Position numbers and translations under genes: made by a program. Positions 12,401-26,869 of a DNA stretch of 64,000 nt are shown here, in pieces. The notes beneath the pieces are model-generated. The model was not told the origin of the DNA, did no database searches, and saw only the letters and a program-made list of their open reading frames with translations. Source of the DNA: the human T2T-CHM13v2.0 reference genome, Homo sapiens; the NCBI RefSeq assembly GCF_009914755.1, contig NC_060930.1; one strand, 5' to 3'. Numbering within the stretch: the first letter of the stretch is position 1; every line of letters starts with the position of its first letter.

Positions 12401-14326
12401 AGGATAGAGTGTCATCTATTAACTCACACTTCGTAACTGAAGGAAGAACTCCAACTGCTCACCAGAAAATACATAACGGCAAAAGCAAGCACACATGGGT
12501 GGTATGATAATGGCTCCCAAACTGATCCAATGATGCCATCACATGATATTCAGTTCTCATTAACACATGTCTTACAATGGGAATGGCAGGACATGGGGTG
12601 GGTAGGAGCGGCTGGTGGCAACAGTTCCGGTTTCACATTAAATCAGCAAACCACCTTACACATTTTCAAGCATCTGAGTCTCAAACCCCATTAAGTTAAT
12701 GATGAGAATCCTCATAGCTCCAGCCTTACCTGATGAGTTTCACTAACACAATCACGAAAGCTCTGGTAGAATTTCAGAGGGATTTTCATTGAATTAGGTC
12801 TACCATTTTCAGAGATACTTTTGGCTACTTGGTCTTAGCATAAGGGAAATTTCTCTTTATTTTGCCAACAAAATTATAGACCTCTTTCACTTAAATCTTC
12901 CATTTATATCAAGCTACACTGGGATCATGTGTTACATATGAAAGTCTACTTCTTACTAGGATATGACAAACAGTATTTGACATCCACTCTTCTTTCTGAG
13001 CCTGTTCCACTTATAGCTGTTCTGAAGAATATATTTCATTTCAGGAACCAAACACAGTGCTGTTACATAAAGTCTGATTGATAGGAGTTAAGGTGGGCAG
13101 AAGTTATCAAAATCTGAAAATTAAGTGTTTCAAAGGGAAGGAATGCATTATCATTAGAGCAGTGGGAAGATAGAATTGCCTGTGCTCACTGGATGATTGG
13201 TGGGGAGCGTCAGCTTCCACTGCAGATCCCAAGCACTGAGCCAGCCTAGCTTCCTGAGAACTGCTGACCTCAAAATGCAGGAATGATGTTGCCAGACGAG
13301 GGTCCCTTCAGCAATCGATGGGCTCACACTGAAGTCTTGTTTGCTCGTCTCCCTGTGTGTCTCACTAGACTAGAATACTAAAACTCATGAAGAAACGGCC
13401 TCAGCGACTTGGAGCCAAAATGAGCACAGGGAATAAAAAAGAGAAATTAAAAATATCAGCCTCACTGTGACAGCCAGTCTAACATCTCCCTCCCTGCTCA
13501 TCTCTCCCTTTCCCTCCCTACTGATTATCTCAAAATTCTTATGCTTCCTTATTCTCTGTCCCTGTCATACGCAGACACATGCACTCACATGTTTATCCCT
13601 CCTCTTTCTTTTCTGCAAGAAATATATGCCACAGAATCACTCTTCTGGTAGTAAAACAACCATTGGGTTTGGTTAAAACCCACAGCTGTAAAGTTTACCC
13701 ATCCCCATTCAATTTCCCAATTGATTGCCAATCTTCTTCATCATTTCCTACATGGATATTGGGCTTTAAATGCTACAGCATCATACAAAGGAGCTGTAAA
13801 TACAGCAAACATAACATTTATCTTTACCTTTACAATCCTGAATATTTTCATTTAAATAGTCTCATTTATTAAGTTTAGCCTTTCTCTGTTCTGATCATTA
13901 AGTACTTGGTTACCAGAAGGAAAACTGGATTTTGGATGAATAATTTATTCTGATAGTGTTAGTTTTGTTGTGTCCCTGAATGTTCGTGATATAGTTAATG
14001 AAGATGGGTCACTAAACCTATGTCACTGATGAGAAAAAAATTCCTACATGATAAACAGCAATGGAACCTGCATGCAGGTATGAGTATATATGTGTATATG
14101 CATATGTACACACACACACACACACAGAGACACACACACAGAGGAATAAATATATGAACATACTGCAGAGATACTGAAGCCAGGAACAAGAATCTTGACT
14201 TAAATATTAGACAAAGAAAAGCTCCTTTTGTGAAAAAAACCATCTTAAAATATAAATTTTCAGTGCAGAACTTCAGTTACCAATTGTTAGTCTTCATAGT
14301 AAGCCTGATGATAATAAAATGTCTAT

Positions 14327-14617
14327 TTTTTGTTTTTTAGAGACAGAGTCTCACTCCATCATCCAGACTGGAGTACAGTGGCACAATCATAGCTCACTGT
14401 AACCTCAAACTCCTGGGCTCAAGCTGTCTGCCTCAGCCTCCCGAGTAGTTTGGGTCACAGGCAGGTGAGACACACCCAGCTAATTTTTTACTTTTTACTT
14501 TTTTTTTCCATAGAGATGAGTCTCATTATGTTGCCCAGGCTGGTCTCAAACTCCTGGCCTCAAACCATCCTCCTGTCAAAACACTTGGATTACAGGCATG
14601 AATCACCGCACCTGGCC
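14327..14617 (-). mobile_element. AluJ (Jo-like)
   Basis: Dimeric Alu. TSD aataaaatgtctat at 14313-14326 and 14618-14631. Confidence 0.95.
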
Positions 14618-15664
14618 AATAAAATGTCTATGCTTGTTGGAAAAAAAAAAACAAAACTCTGTTTATTGACACTCGCTGTATTATGTAAAGAAGGCTGAGA
14701 AGCCTTTTGCACACTGTTTTATGAAAATAACAGACAATACCCATCAGTTGTGGCGTGACTATATTGATGCGCTCTTGGTAAGGTGCTAAGAACAATCCTT
14801 TCTGTAAAAGGATGAAAAACAAAACCCTTGAGCAGTAAAAGATGACACATTCCACAAATGTTAGCTAATTTCCTGCAACAGAGCATAATGAAAGTGCATG
14901 TAGACAGGGTGTGCTTTATCTGCAAAAAGAGGAACAAAAAAAGAAACAAAAGCATCATCATATCTTTTGGTATCCAGAAATAAAATCCACTCAGTTAAAT
15001 GGTGATTATGAGCAACTTTGAAAAGATTGTCAATATCGAATGCTATTTTTAAACAACAAAAGTTTCTCTTCATACCTCTAGCAGTCTTACATTTTAAAGA
15101 AACAGGCTCAAAATAGCACAACACATATTTCTAGGTTTCGATCATTAAAATTCTTCATCTGTGGACTACTAGCCATAAATAATCAACTTGAGAAAATAAA
15201 CCAAACTTGATGGCTTTCTTGTTTCTTCTTACCATTTCTGGATCTTTGAACTTTCCCTTCCACTTTCTCAACCAAAGATAGCCTAAACAAAGAAAGCCAA
15301 AGCCAGCTTTTGCCCAATCTTTCCGATTGTCCTGCATAAATCAAACTAGAAGTGACCATATTCCTTGTTTCACTGAAAAGGGACTTAGTGTCATAGCTAA
15401 ACCTTTCACTGGAGAAGAGAAATGGGGTTGGACAGAAAGACTAATTATAAACCTGCCAGTCAAGGTTTACCATAGAGAAACAACAGGAAATATCTATGAA
15501 GCTGTTCACAGCTTGTCAAGATGACCAATGGAAGACCACATATATGACTTACCTTGACAATAGCTTAAACTCTGGAATTTCCTTCCACTGTAGTAAGTTT
15601 TATGGTGCCCTTGAACCAGGGAAGCAGTGTGCTGTGCCGGGGGGCGGGGGTGGTTGGGGGAACT

Positions 15665-15870
15665 CAGGCTTTGCTGATAAACAAACCTAGGTTTGAATCC
15701 TCCAAAGTCTACTTACCAGGTGGATGGTTTCTACAATTTTTTAATGAGTCTGAACTTCTTCATTGTAAAATGAGTATAAAATCTCATTTGCAATACAATA
15801 CCTAATTGTATTGTGTGAGGAACTAGAGATAATATGCAAAAAAGTACCTACAGCACATCTTTAAACATTA
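15665..15870 (+). mobile_element. MIR
   Basis: 'acctaggtttgaatcc...acttacca...cttcttcattgtaaaatgag...gtattgtgtgaggaactagagataatatgc'. Confidence 0.7.
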
Positions 15871-16739
15871 TAAAGGGCGTTACAGGAGTTGAGCTTTGTT
15901 AAGTCTTTGTGAAGGTAGAGCTGTCCTAAACTGAAGTCACTCTACCATAGTCTGTCTCATCTCAGATATGTTTTTGAAAGGCCCTTTCATAAGAGGTTCT
16001 GTAAAAAGTAGTGCTCATGGGGAAAGTATTATTCTGAAATCATCCTGCTTAAAATCAACTTTCTGAACTGCCATGCAGTCTTGGCAAATACGAATTTCCA
16101 TCACCCCTTTGCTACATGCCAAGTTGGAATATTGAGAATGCTGTCTATTATTCAATCTAAGTAAAGTACATTACTTTTAATTGGAGGTTGTTTCACTGCC
16201 TTTTTGAATTAGGAGACTAATCATTCATCAGAAACACACAATTAAGGATTTTTGTGTTAATTTGGCATTATTGCCATTGATCCAAAAGTGTTGTTATCTT
16301 TTAAGCAAGAGCTGAAGTGAGTTCCTCCCATATGTTTTGGCAGAATTGGTGCATCTGTAAGATTCAGCGCTAAGCCCTCCATGCCTTGGCATAGCAGCTG
16401 CACAGATCAGTGCTCCGGGGCTTGTTCCAAGCACATCACCTCATAGATTTGCAACAATAAATCAGAAATTTCAAATCTACTGAACAAAGTTTCCTACCGG
16501 ATCTGTAAGTTGATTTACTTTTGCAAACATCTATAAAGCATCTTTTCATGTAAGTCACTGTATAAATATTATTAACTTTTCAGCTATCTTGCCCAGAGCC
16601 CAAACAAGCTGCAGAAAATATTTTATTTTACCTCAAAAAGCATTTTATGCTGGATAAAGAGAATACATACAAAGTTTCAAAGCTTCAAAGAGAGAAAAAA
16701 TATTTCAGAAACCTACCAGTATTTACTATGGTTTGATTA

Positions 16740-18030
<1,291 letters not shown>

Positions 18031-18034
18031 AAAG

Positions 18035-19185
18035 GGCTCCACTTCTGCTAATAGCCAAGTAGCTCCTACCAGGTTATTCTACCCTCTAATAATAACTATA
18101 AACTCTGGGGAAAATGTTAAAAAAAAAAAAACTATCTGAAACTCCTAGAGAGTGAGGAAATCAGACAAATACTGGAAGGCGAGTATTGTTTGGATAGACA
18201 GAATACAAGTGAGAGAATTTGGTATTTGTATGGCTTTAGCCTGAGGGCATACCACAGTCTATATACCAAGCAGAGCAGCTACAGCTTGGACGTGTGCTGC
18301 CTTACTGGCTTGGAGAACACGATATCAGAAGTTGGGTTGACTTCTACAGCTAGAAATGAGGAAATCATCCCCCAGAAAAGACAGACAGACACAGGGAGCC
18401 TCAAATACTATGTGTATACTCTGCTCAAACTGTTTCTTAGCCCCCAGACCACACCTGCGGACTTCCAGCCATCTAGCTGAGGCCAAAGAAACAGCTAAAC
18501 TTTTAGCTGCCTTCAGCTGCAGGGCACAGGGTTTGCAGTTTGAGTCTAGACATCTGCCTGCTAGCATGTCTCTACAACATATCATTTGCCCAGAATATAA
18601 TCCAAAATTATTCAATAAAGAAAGAGGAAAGCATTACCCATACTCAAGAGAAAAGGCAATCAATGGAGCCTGACCCTGAGGTGTTCCAGATATTGGAACC
18701 AGCAGGCAAGGAATTTAAAGCACCTATTACAACTATGCTATAGGATGTAAAGGACAGTGGTCAGAATGAAGAAAAAGATAATAAATGCAGCCAAGAATTC
18801 AACACTAGATAAAAAGAACAAAGTGGAAATTCTATATCTGAAAAATCAAATACCTGAAATACAAATTCAATGGATGGGCTTAATAGCAGATTGGAAATTT
18901 TAAAAGAAAAGAGTTATTGACTTTTAAAACAGAAAAACAGTAATGATTTAATCTGAAGAAAAAAGAGTGGAAAAAATATTGCAAATAATGAATAAAATCT
19001 TAGAGACCTACAGGGCAATATTAAAAGACGTAACATACACAGGATCTTTAGAGTTCAAGAATGAGAGGAAAGAGAGAATGAGCGTCCCCACAACCAGAAA
19101 AATATTTGAAGAAATAATGGCTGAAATGTTTCCATGTTTGGTGAAACACAAAATTTGTAGACTCAAGAATCTCAGCCAACCCTGA
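18035..19185 (+). mobile_element. Old L1M 5' UTR/ORF1 fragment
   Basis: ORF 18967-19185 contains KIFEEIMAEMFPCLVK, a decayed L1 ORF1p IFEEIIAENFPNL motif. Confidence 0.8.
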
Positions 19186-19720
19186 ATCTAGGTGATCAGA
19201 TGTGAATGTTCACTGTACAAATCTTTCCATTTTTCTCTGTTTAAAATTTTTCATAATACAGATGTTTACAAATAATATAAAAACTCATCAAAACAACTAA
19301 GATGTGCATATTTTTTATGTTAATTATATCTCAATTTAAGTAGCTAATCTAATTATAGAATGTATTCGGTGGATATTCAAGCTTCAGGCATTAACTGGAA
19401 GGTACAACATTTCTCACCTTTTCGATTCCTGCTTAACGTAGGTAAATTGTAGCCCATGGGAGAGGGGGTGGGCGATTGGCATTGTCTGAGATGGCTTTGC
19501 TCCCAAATCCTCTGCTCACTCATCAATTCTCATGTCATTCAGTAAAAGCTCTTGAATTTGTCTCATGGATAACTATACACATCTAACCAAGAGGTTTTGA
19601 AAGACCAAGGAAAGAAGGATGAGTGACAACACAATGCCATGCACAGCTTCCTCCCACTGGGCTGTTGGTGACCTGTGTGTGCATAAAAACAATCAATTGG
19701 AAAGCCCACCCTTTCAACCC

Positions 19721-20014
19721 TGTATGTAGGTATATGATGACAAAGAATACAGTTGAGAAGGTTAGTGCCCTACCTTTGTCATTAACTACTTACATGACTA
19801 TAAATAAACTCCTAGATTGACTGGGAACCCCATTTCTTCTCTACAATACATAAAGGCAAAAAAAGAATGTATGTAGGCATATGATGACAAAGAATACAGT
19901 TCAGAAGGTTAGTGCCCTACCTTTGTCATTAACTACTTACGTGACTATAAGTAAACTCCTAGATTGACTGGGAACCCCATTTCTTCTCTACAGTACATAA
20001 AGGCAAAAAAAGAA
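19721..20014. repeat. Tandem duplication 2 x 147 bp (decayed MIR-like unit)
   Basis: 19721-19867 and 19868-20014 differ at 5 positions. Confidence 0.97.
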
Positions 20015-20914
20015 TTGCTCCCTCAAGCCCCTTTCATGTCTAATATTTGTGGTCATCACTGGGCTCTTCAGAAAAGGATATTAATAATTCTGTAATTCTG
20101 GGAAATCATCTGTGATGCAGGGTGAACCAAGTCAGCTTGAGACAATCTCTGGCCAAAGTCAAGAATACAGTTTCAGCTGACCCCATTTGAACCCAGCGGA
20201 TGTGAACATTTTCAAATAAGCATCCCAAACTATTAACAATTGTTCTTTCTTCAAAAAAGGGAATTGACATTAACAATCAAGTGGGTTTTAAAAGATACAA
20301 AAATCCCCAAAGAAAAAGTCTTGTGCTAGGATTCAGTTCGTACAGAACTGACATCATGTAGGGGGAAAGGAAAAAAAAACCACCTACAATAAAATGTTAT
20401 GCCTGTCCCTGTTTTCAACGTCCTCCCACGTATCTCCTGCTTCTGTTGAAACTTGTTATTGCTAAAGTACTTTTTTATTATAAAAAGAGCTACAGTTCCA
20501 AAAGAGATTATTGGCACGCAAATTCAGCTGCGGTGTTAGAGGCAATTAAATTGTGTTTGGTAGTTTCTTTCTTGGGCGTTTGATATTATTACGGTTGTCA
20601 ATGCGCCCAGAAGAGGGCTGCTTTCCATTAATCATACATACAGAAATATAACAAGTATTATTCTTAGAAATATTACACTAATCTTTGACTATTTCTTTTT
20701 GACGGCAAAGAGATAGATTATGTCAGGCAATATTGGAAAAAATAAAAACAAAGACCTAGCTACTGATAAAAAGAGATATATGTTCAATTGCTAATCAAAA
20801 CATACAAGTAACTCCAAAAGGCTCATCCATTAATACAGGGTGCTTTATATTCAGAAAATTATTTCCAGAGTAAATCTAAAACATAATCAAAATTTGTTTA
20901 AACAATAAGCCCTC

Positions 20915-21113
20915 GACTCTGCAATACCATGACACTGTGAGACCATGAGACTACAGTACTAGGCACATCCACAGACCGTGAGCCTGTGAGACTGAAGACC
21001 ATGACGAAGTGGGACAAGGCAATGATGAGACGTTGAGACCACAAGACTGCAAGACAGCAAGTCTCAAGATTGCAAAATGTCCATGTTAAGATTGTGAGAA
21101 CTCTGAGTTTGTG
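20915..21113. repeat. Degenerate 8-bp periodic array (RAGACYRY)
   Basis: Units such as gagaccat gagactac ... gagaccac aagactgc aagacagc aagattgc. Confidence 0.8.
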
Positions 21114-21195
21114 ATGGAATGCAGTTTCCATTCCTTTTCTGCGACATCTGACTTATTGTTCTACTAAGCAGTTAAATGAGCAGAAAGAACTTAAA

Positions 21196-21509
<314 letters not shown>

Positions 21510-22339
21510 TTAAAATATTCTGTTAATTTATTTGGAAATAACTCACCTTGGATCTCTTTGTCTTTTTAAAATAATTCTTTGGGTAGTTAATTTAGATTCA
21601 TTAAAATTATAAGAGACTTCTGGCTTTAGGATGGTCAAGCAGAGACATTTCTTTATGTCTTTCCTCTTGACAACCACTTCATATTAACCAGAATAAGAAA
21701 CACAAACTCCTGTTTTGATGAAATTTTCAATCGCCATCCACAAAGTAGGAAGAGAGAAAACAGTTGCTGGGATAGTATAACTTAACAGGAGAGTGAAAGG
21801 TCAAATCTAAATTTTGCAGAAGGTGATGCCAGCAAGCAACAAGCAAATTTGCTTTACAGACCCAGGGAAAGGCTTAGGAATTGGAGGCACTGGATACTTT
21901 GAAAGGTGAAGGTCAGGGAGAAGGGCTAAACACAGCGGTTTTACTGGAAATCTGTTTCAAAAGCAGTTAGATACCAGTGTTTCATCCTTTCCAAACAAGC
22001 AGGCCACTTTCCTTCCACTTCTGCTACTGAATATAAGAGGTAATTTATTTAGGGAAAGAAAATTAAAGAGGCTCAATATTCAGAAACACCAAGCACAGAG
22101 GAAGGTGGTAGTAAATCACTACACTGCAATCAGAAGAAAAGTCTGTATACTACATACCTACCTCTGTCAATTCCCAACTGACAGAATGCCAGGAGTCAGG
22201 CTTATACATCCTTCCAGATGAGAGATGAGAGGATCCATCTCTGGAGAAAGTGAAGCAAGCCAGAAAAGAAACCCAGATACTGACATTTTGGGGCCTCACT
22301 CAACATATCAGAGATGGTTAACTGCCATCACAAATAGAC

Positions 22340-23018
<679 letters not shown>

Positions 23019-23492
23019 TAAGCCCTGTCTCTGCAGAGAGGCTTTTAGTGCTCACACCTGGTCAAATATAAACAAGCATCCATGAAACAAGAGTAGGACA
23101 CAATACAAATAGAATAACTAGACAGGATTTTTGGAAATTAAAAGTATTAAAGCCAAAATAAAACATTCAATTAAAATGTTGAAAAATTAAACTAATCTCC
23201 CAGAAGTGGGAATAAACAGAGATGAGAAGAATAAAAAGAAAGGAAAGAAAAAATTTATACGTAGGGATGTAAAGACCGTTTTAACATCAGCACTGGAAGT
23301 TAGAAGCAAGAGATCGGTGTCCTCAAAACTTTGAGTAAAAGTATCCACCCGGCCAAATGATTAACCAAGTATGAGGACAAAATAAAGAAAATGTCAGACA
23401 TGCAAAGCTTCAAAACATTGATCTTCCATCAGTCCTTACTTAGGAAGCCAATAACAAAGAGAAGAAACAAAAACAAGCAAAACAAGAGAAGA

Positions 23493-23800
23493 GGCCGGGC
23501 GCGGTGGCTCACGCCTGTAATCCCAGCACTTTGGGAGGCCGAGGCTGGCCAATCACGAGGTCAGGAGATCGAGACCATCCTGGCTAACAAGGTGAAACCC
23601 CGTCTCTACTAAAAATACAAAAAATTAGCCGGGCGCGGTGGCGGGCGCCTGTAGTCCCAGCTACTCGGGAGGCTGAGGCAGGAGAATGGCGTGAACCCAG
23701 GAAGCGGAGCTTGCAGTGAGCCGAGATCGCACCACTGGAGTCCGCAGTCCGGCCTGGGCGACAGAGCGAGACTCCGTCTCAAAAAAAAAAAAAAAAAAAA
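23493..23800 (+). mobile_element. AluYb-lineage element
   Basis: CpG-rich, with ctaacaaggtg, gggcgcggtggcggg, gaagcggagc and the 7-bp duplication (agtccgcagtccggcc). Pure A tail. Perfect TSD aaaacaagagaaga at 23479-23492 and 23801-23814. Confidence 0.95.
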
Positions 23801-24114
23801 AAAACAAGAGAAGAAGGAGGTAAACACAGGATTCAAGAAATAGGGCACCCAAAACAGGAAGGAAGAGGTGCAGAAAAGTCTTAGAAAGATGGCAAAGAGA
23901 TGTCTCAGTATAAGAGTTATGTACAGGCCCACAGACAAACAAATACATATTGAAAAATTAAACAGAAGTCAACAAGAGTGGTTGTCTTCAGAGAAAAGGA
24001 AAGTGGAGCTCCTTATCAAAATAGACTTTACTATATGAAAAATTTTTATTGAGAAGTGTTTAACATAATTAGTGGGTAATACGGCAAAACTACAAGGTCA
24101 GAGAAAACTGAGCA

Positions 24115-24543
24115 GAGAGGTGAAGGATAACAGACGACATATTGCCCTGTAATCCCAGCACTTTGGGAGGCCGAGGCAGGCGGATCACGAGGTCAGGAGT
24201 TTGAGACTAGCCTAACACAGTGAAACCCCATCTCCACTAAAAATACAAAAATTAGCTGGGCATGGTGGCACATGCCTGCAGTCCCAGGTACTTGGGAGGC
24301 TGAGGCAGGCAAATCACTTGAAACCAGGAGGCGGAGGTTGTGGTGAGCCAAGATCATGCCGCTGCACTCCAGCCTGGGGAACAGAGCGAGACTCCGTCTC
24401 AAAAAAAAAAAAAAAGACTACATATTGGCTAAAGAGTACACTGCTCAGGTGATGGGTGCACTAAAATCTCAGAATTCACTACTAAAGAACTCATCCACGT
24501 AACTAAAAACCACCTGTTCTCCAAAAATTATTGAAATTAAAAA
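24115..24543 (+). mobile_element. L1PB-type 3' end, interrupted by Alu
   Basis: 'gactacatattgg...gtacactgctcaggtgatgggtgcactaaaatctcagaattcactactaaagaactc'. TSD-like agaaaactgagca / agaaaactaagca. Confidence 0.85.
24145..24414 (+). mobile_element. 5'-truncated AluS (Sg-like)
   Basis: Begins at cctgtaatcccagc. TSD agacgacatattg / agactacatattg. Confidence 0.93.
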
Positions 24544-24684
24544 AGAAAACTAAGCAAATGGAAAAATAAAATTATTAATTACAGAAAGAAAAGTTATACA
24601 AGAAGAAATATAATCACAGTATACAACAAGATAGAGTAAACAATATTTACATAGACTTTTAGTTACCCTAATTTGGTTCCTAAT

Positions 24685-25152
24685 GGAATCGGAGCATGAT
24701 TTAACTGGATCTTAAGCTTCGTAAGTTTCTCACAGGCTGCAGTCAAGGTGTCAGCTCAAATACTATCATCTCAGCTAAACAATTGACTGGGGAAGGAAGC
24801 GCTTCCACGCTCACTCAATAGTTGTTGGCAGCATTTGGTTTCTCACAGGCTGTTACAAAGAGCTCCAGTCCCTCAATGGATGTTGGCCAGAGGCCACTTT
24901 CAAATCCTAGCCATGTGGGCCTCTCCAATATGGCAGTGTGATTCAGCAAAGCCAAGAAAGCAATATAGCCAGTCTGCTAGAAAGCCAGAAGGTATACAAT
25001 CTTATGTCACATAATCACAGATGCGGCATTCTTTGAGATATTGCCCTCTTTTATTGATTAGAAGCAAGTTACTCCAGGAGATGAGATTACACGAGGCCAT
25101 GTAAACCTGGAGGTGAACATAAGTGGGGCCATCTTAGAAGCTGCCTAACACA
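24685..25152 (-). mobile_element. MLT1 (E/F-like) LTR
   Basis: 'tctcacaggctgcagtcaaggtgtcagc...ggggaaggaagcgcttccacgctcactca...ggggccatcttagaagctgcctaacaca'. Confidence 0.8.
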
Positions 25153-25533
25153 CACAGTTAAAATAATTTTTCAGTTTTTATGGGTTGAATTCAATGTTTC
25201 AGATTAGACTAAAAATGAGGTAAGATTCTATTGAGGGTGGAGGGAGAGGAAAGGAAACAAGAAAGTTAAAAGTTTTCATCTACCATGTAGGAAATCCACA
25301 GACAATGTCTAACAGAGCTTAAACAAATGATGGCATAAAAATGGCGTTCAGGAATACGAAGGTAAATGCCAAAGGAAATCTCAAAAAAATTGACAATGAT
25401 TACCTCTGGGGAGAGGATAGGGTAGATGACTGGCTTTTTTTGTTACTTTGCACTATTTTCGTTTATATTATCTAATAAAATTAATAATAATAAATAAAAG
25501 AAACTAGTAAAGATGAAATTATCATTCTTTCTA

Positions 25534-25761
<228 letters not shown>

Positions 25762-26659
25762 CTAATAAAATCATGAGGAAATATAAATTAATACCAAACC
25801 AGGAATCTAGGGCAGGATGGTTTTTCTTTCCCTAAATAACATTAACTAGGGAGAGAGTTGACATTTCTCAAATAAATCTAAATGGACTGGATTTTGATTG
25901 CTAAAGGAAAACCTTTAATGTTGATCACATTAATTGGATTTCAGAATTTTTTAAAGCCTTTTATTACTCTATTCATTTTATGATTTTTTTATGTCATTTG
26001 CATTGATTTTTACCTCCTAACATGTAAAAAAAAATGCCAGATATTCACTGTTATTTCTAGTTTTTCCTTCAGTAGGTACAACAGACTAAAGTTCTGTGTG
26101 TGTGTGTTCACAAATACAAAAGATAAATTGCAAAGGACATTTAAAAATTTTTAACATTTTCTCATGAAAGCATAAGAACTTTCTTGAATAGAGTACCCTT
26201 TTAGAAATAGTACTACATCTTTAACTGTTTTCATAAAGTATTCCTTTTCTTCTTGGTAATTAGTAAAAGCTTTTCCTTAGATTATAAAAAGGTAGGTTTG
26301 CAACTCCAATTTCTCTTTGCATTTCTTAGAAAGTATAAAAGAGTCTACCTAATAAGCCTATGTTCTCTTTTTATGAATAGACATTGATGTAAGGATGGAG
26401 AATACACTTTTTCCTTCTTTCTGGTGCAACCTTTAATTATTCCTAAAGTCAACTGAGGGTTATTTTTATTTGTTATTGGATCTTCAGGTTTTTTTTTTTA
26501 AACTGGATGTATGTCCATTTCCTTGACCTAATTGACATATTGCTTTTGGATTTAGGCTTAAATTTTAACTAGAACTAACTCTGAGTCACTATATTACACC
26601 AAATTCTCAGAATGCACAGGTTGCAGGCTGGCCTTCAAGTGAGGGCCCCAACTCCCTTA

Positions 26660-26790
26660 TGTACAAGAAGGCAGAGGTAAAGCCCCTTGCTCAAGGTCAC
26701 ATGTTCGGTTAGTACCAGAACTGAGAGGATACCCTGTGCCCTGGTCTTCCTACAGACTCCTATTCAATGCTCTTTCCACTACGTTGAAGA
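26660..26790 (-). mobile_element. MIR fragment
   Basis: 'cttgctcaaggtcacatgttcggttagtaccagaactgag...atgctctttccactac'. Confidence 0.7.
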
Positions 26791-26869
26791 TTCTCCCACC
26801 ATTTCTTCTGGTAAGTAAATGTATATGAGGAGTATATATTTTTTATATTTAAAAATAGGCTCCTCTAGT

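Noticed and set aside
14734-14777. Plus-strand mini-exon reading NTHQLWRDYIDALL before gtaagg
   Set aside because: The acceptor lacks a pyrimidine tract; the overlapping minus-strand interpretation has better acceptors
16344-16504. Plus-strand AG...GTAAGT exon-like segment
   Set aside because: Stops in all three frames, weak donor context and no partner exons
20915-21113. Periodic array as CRISPR-like
   Set aside because: No constant repeat with unique spacers, no cas genes, and primate context
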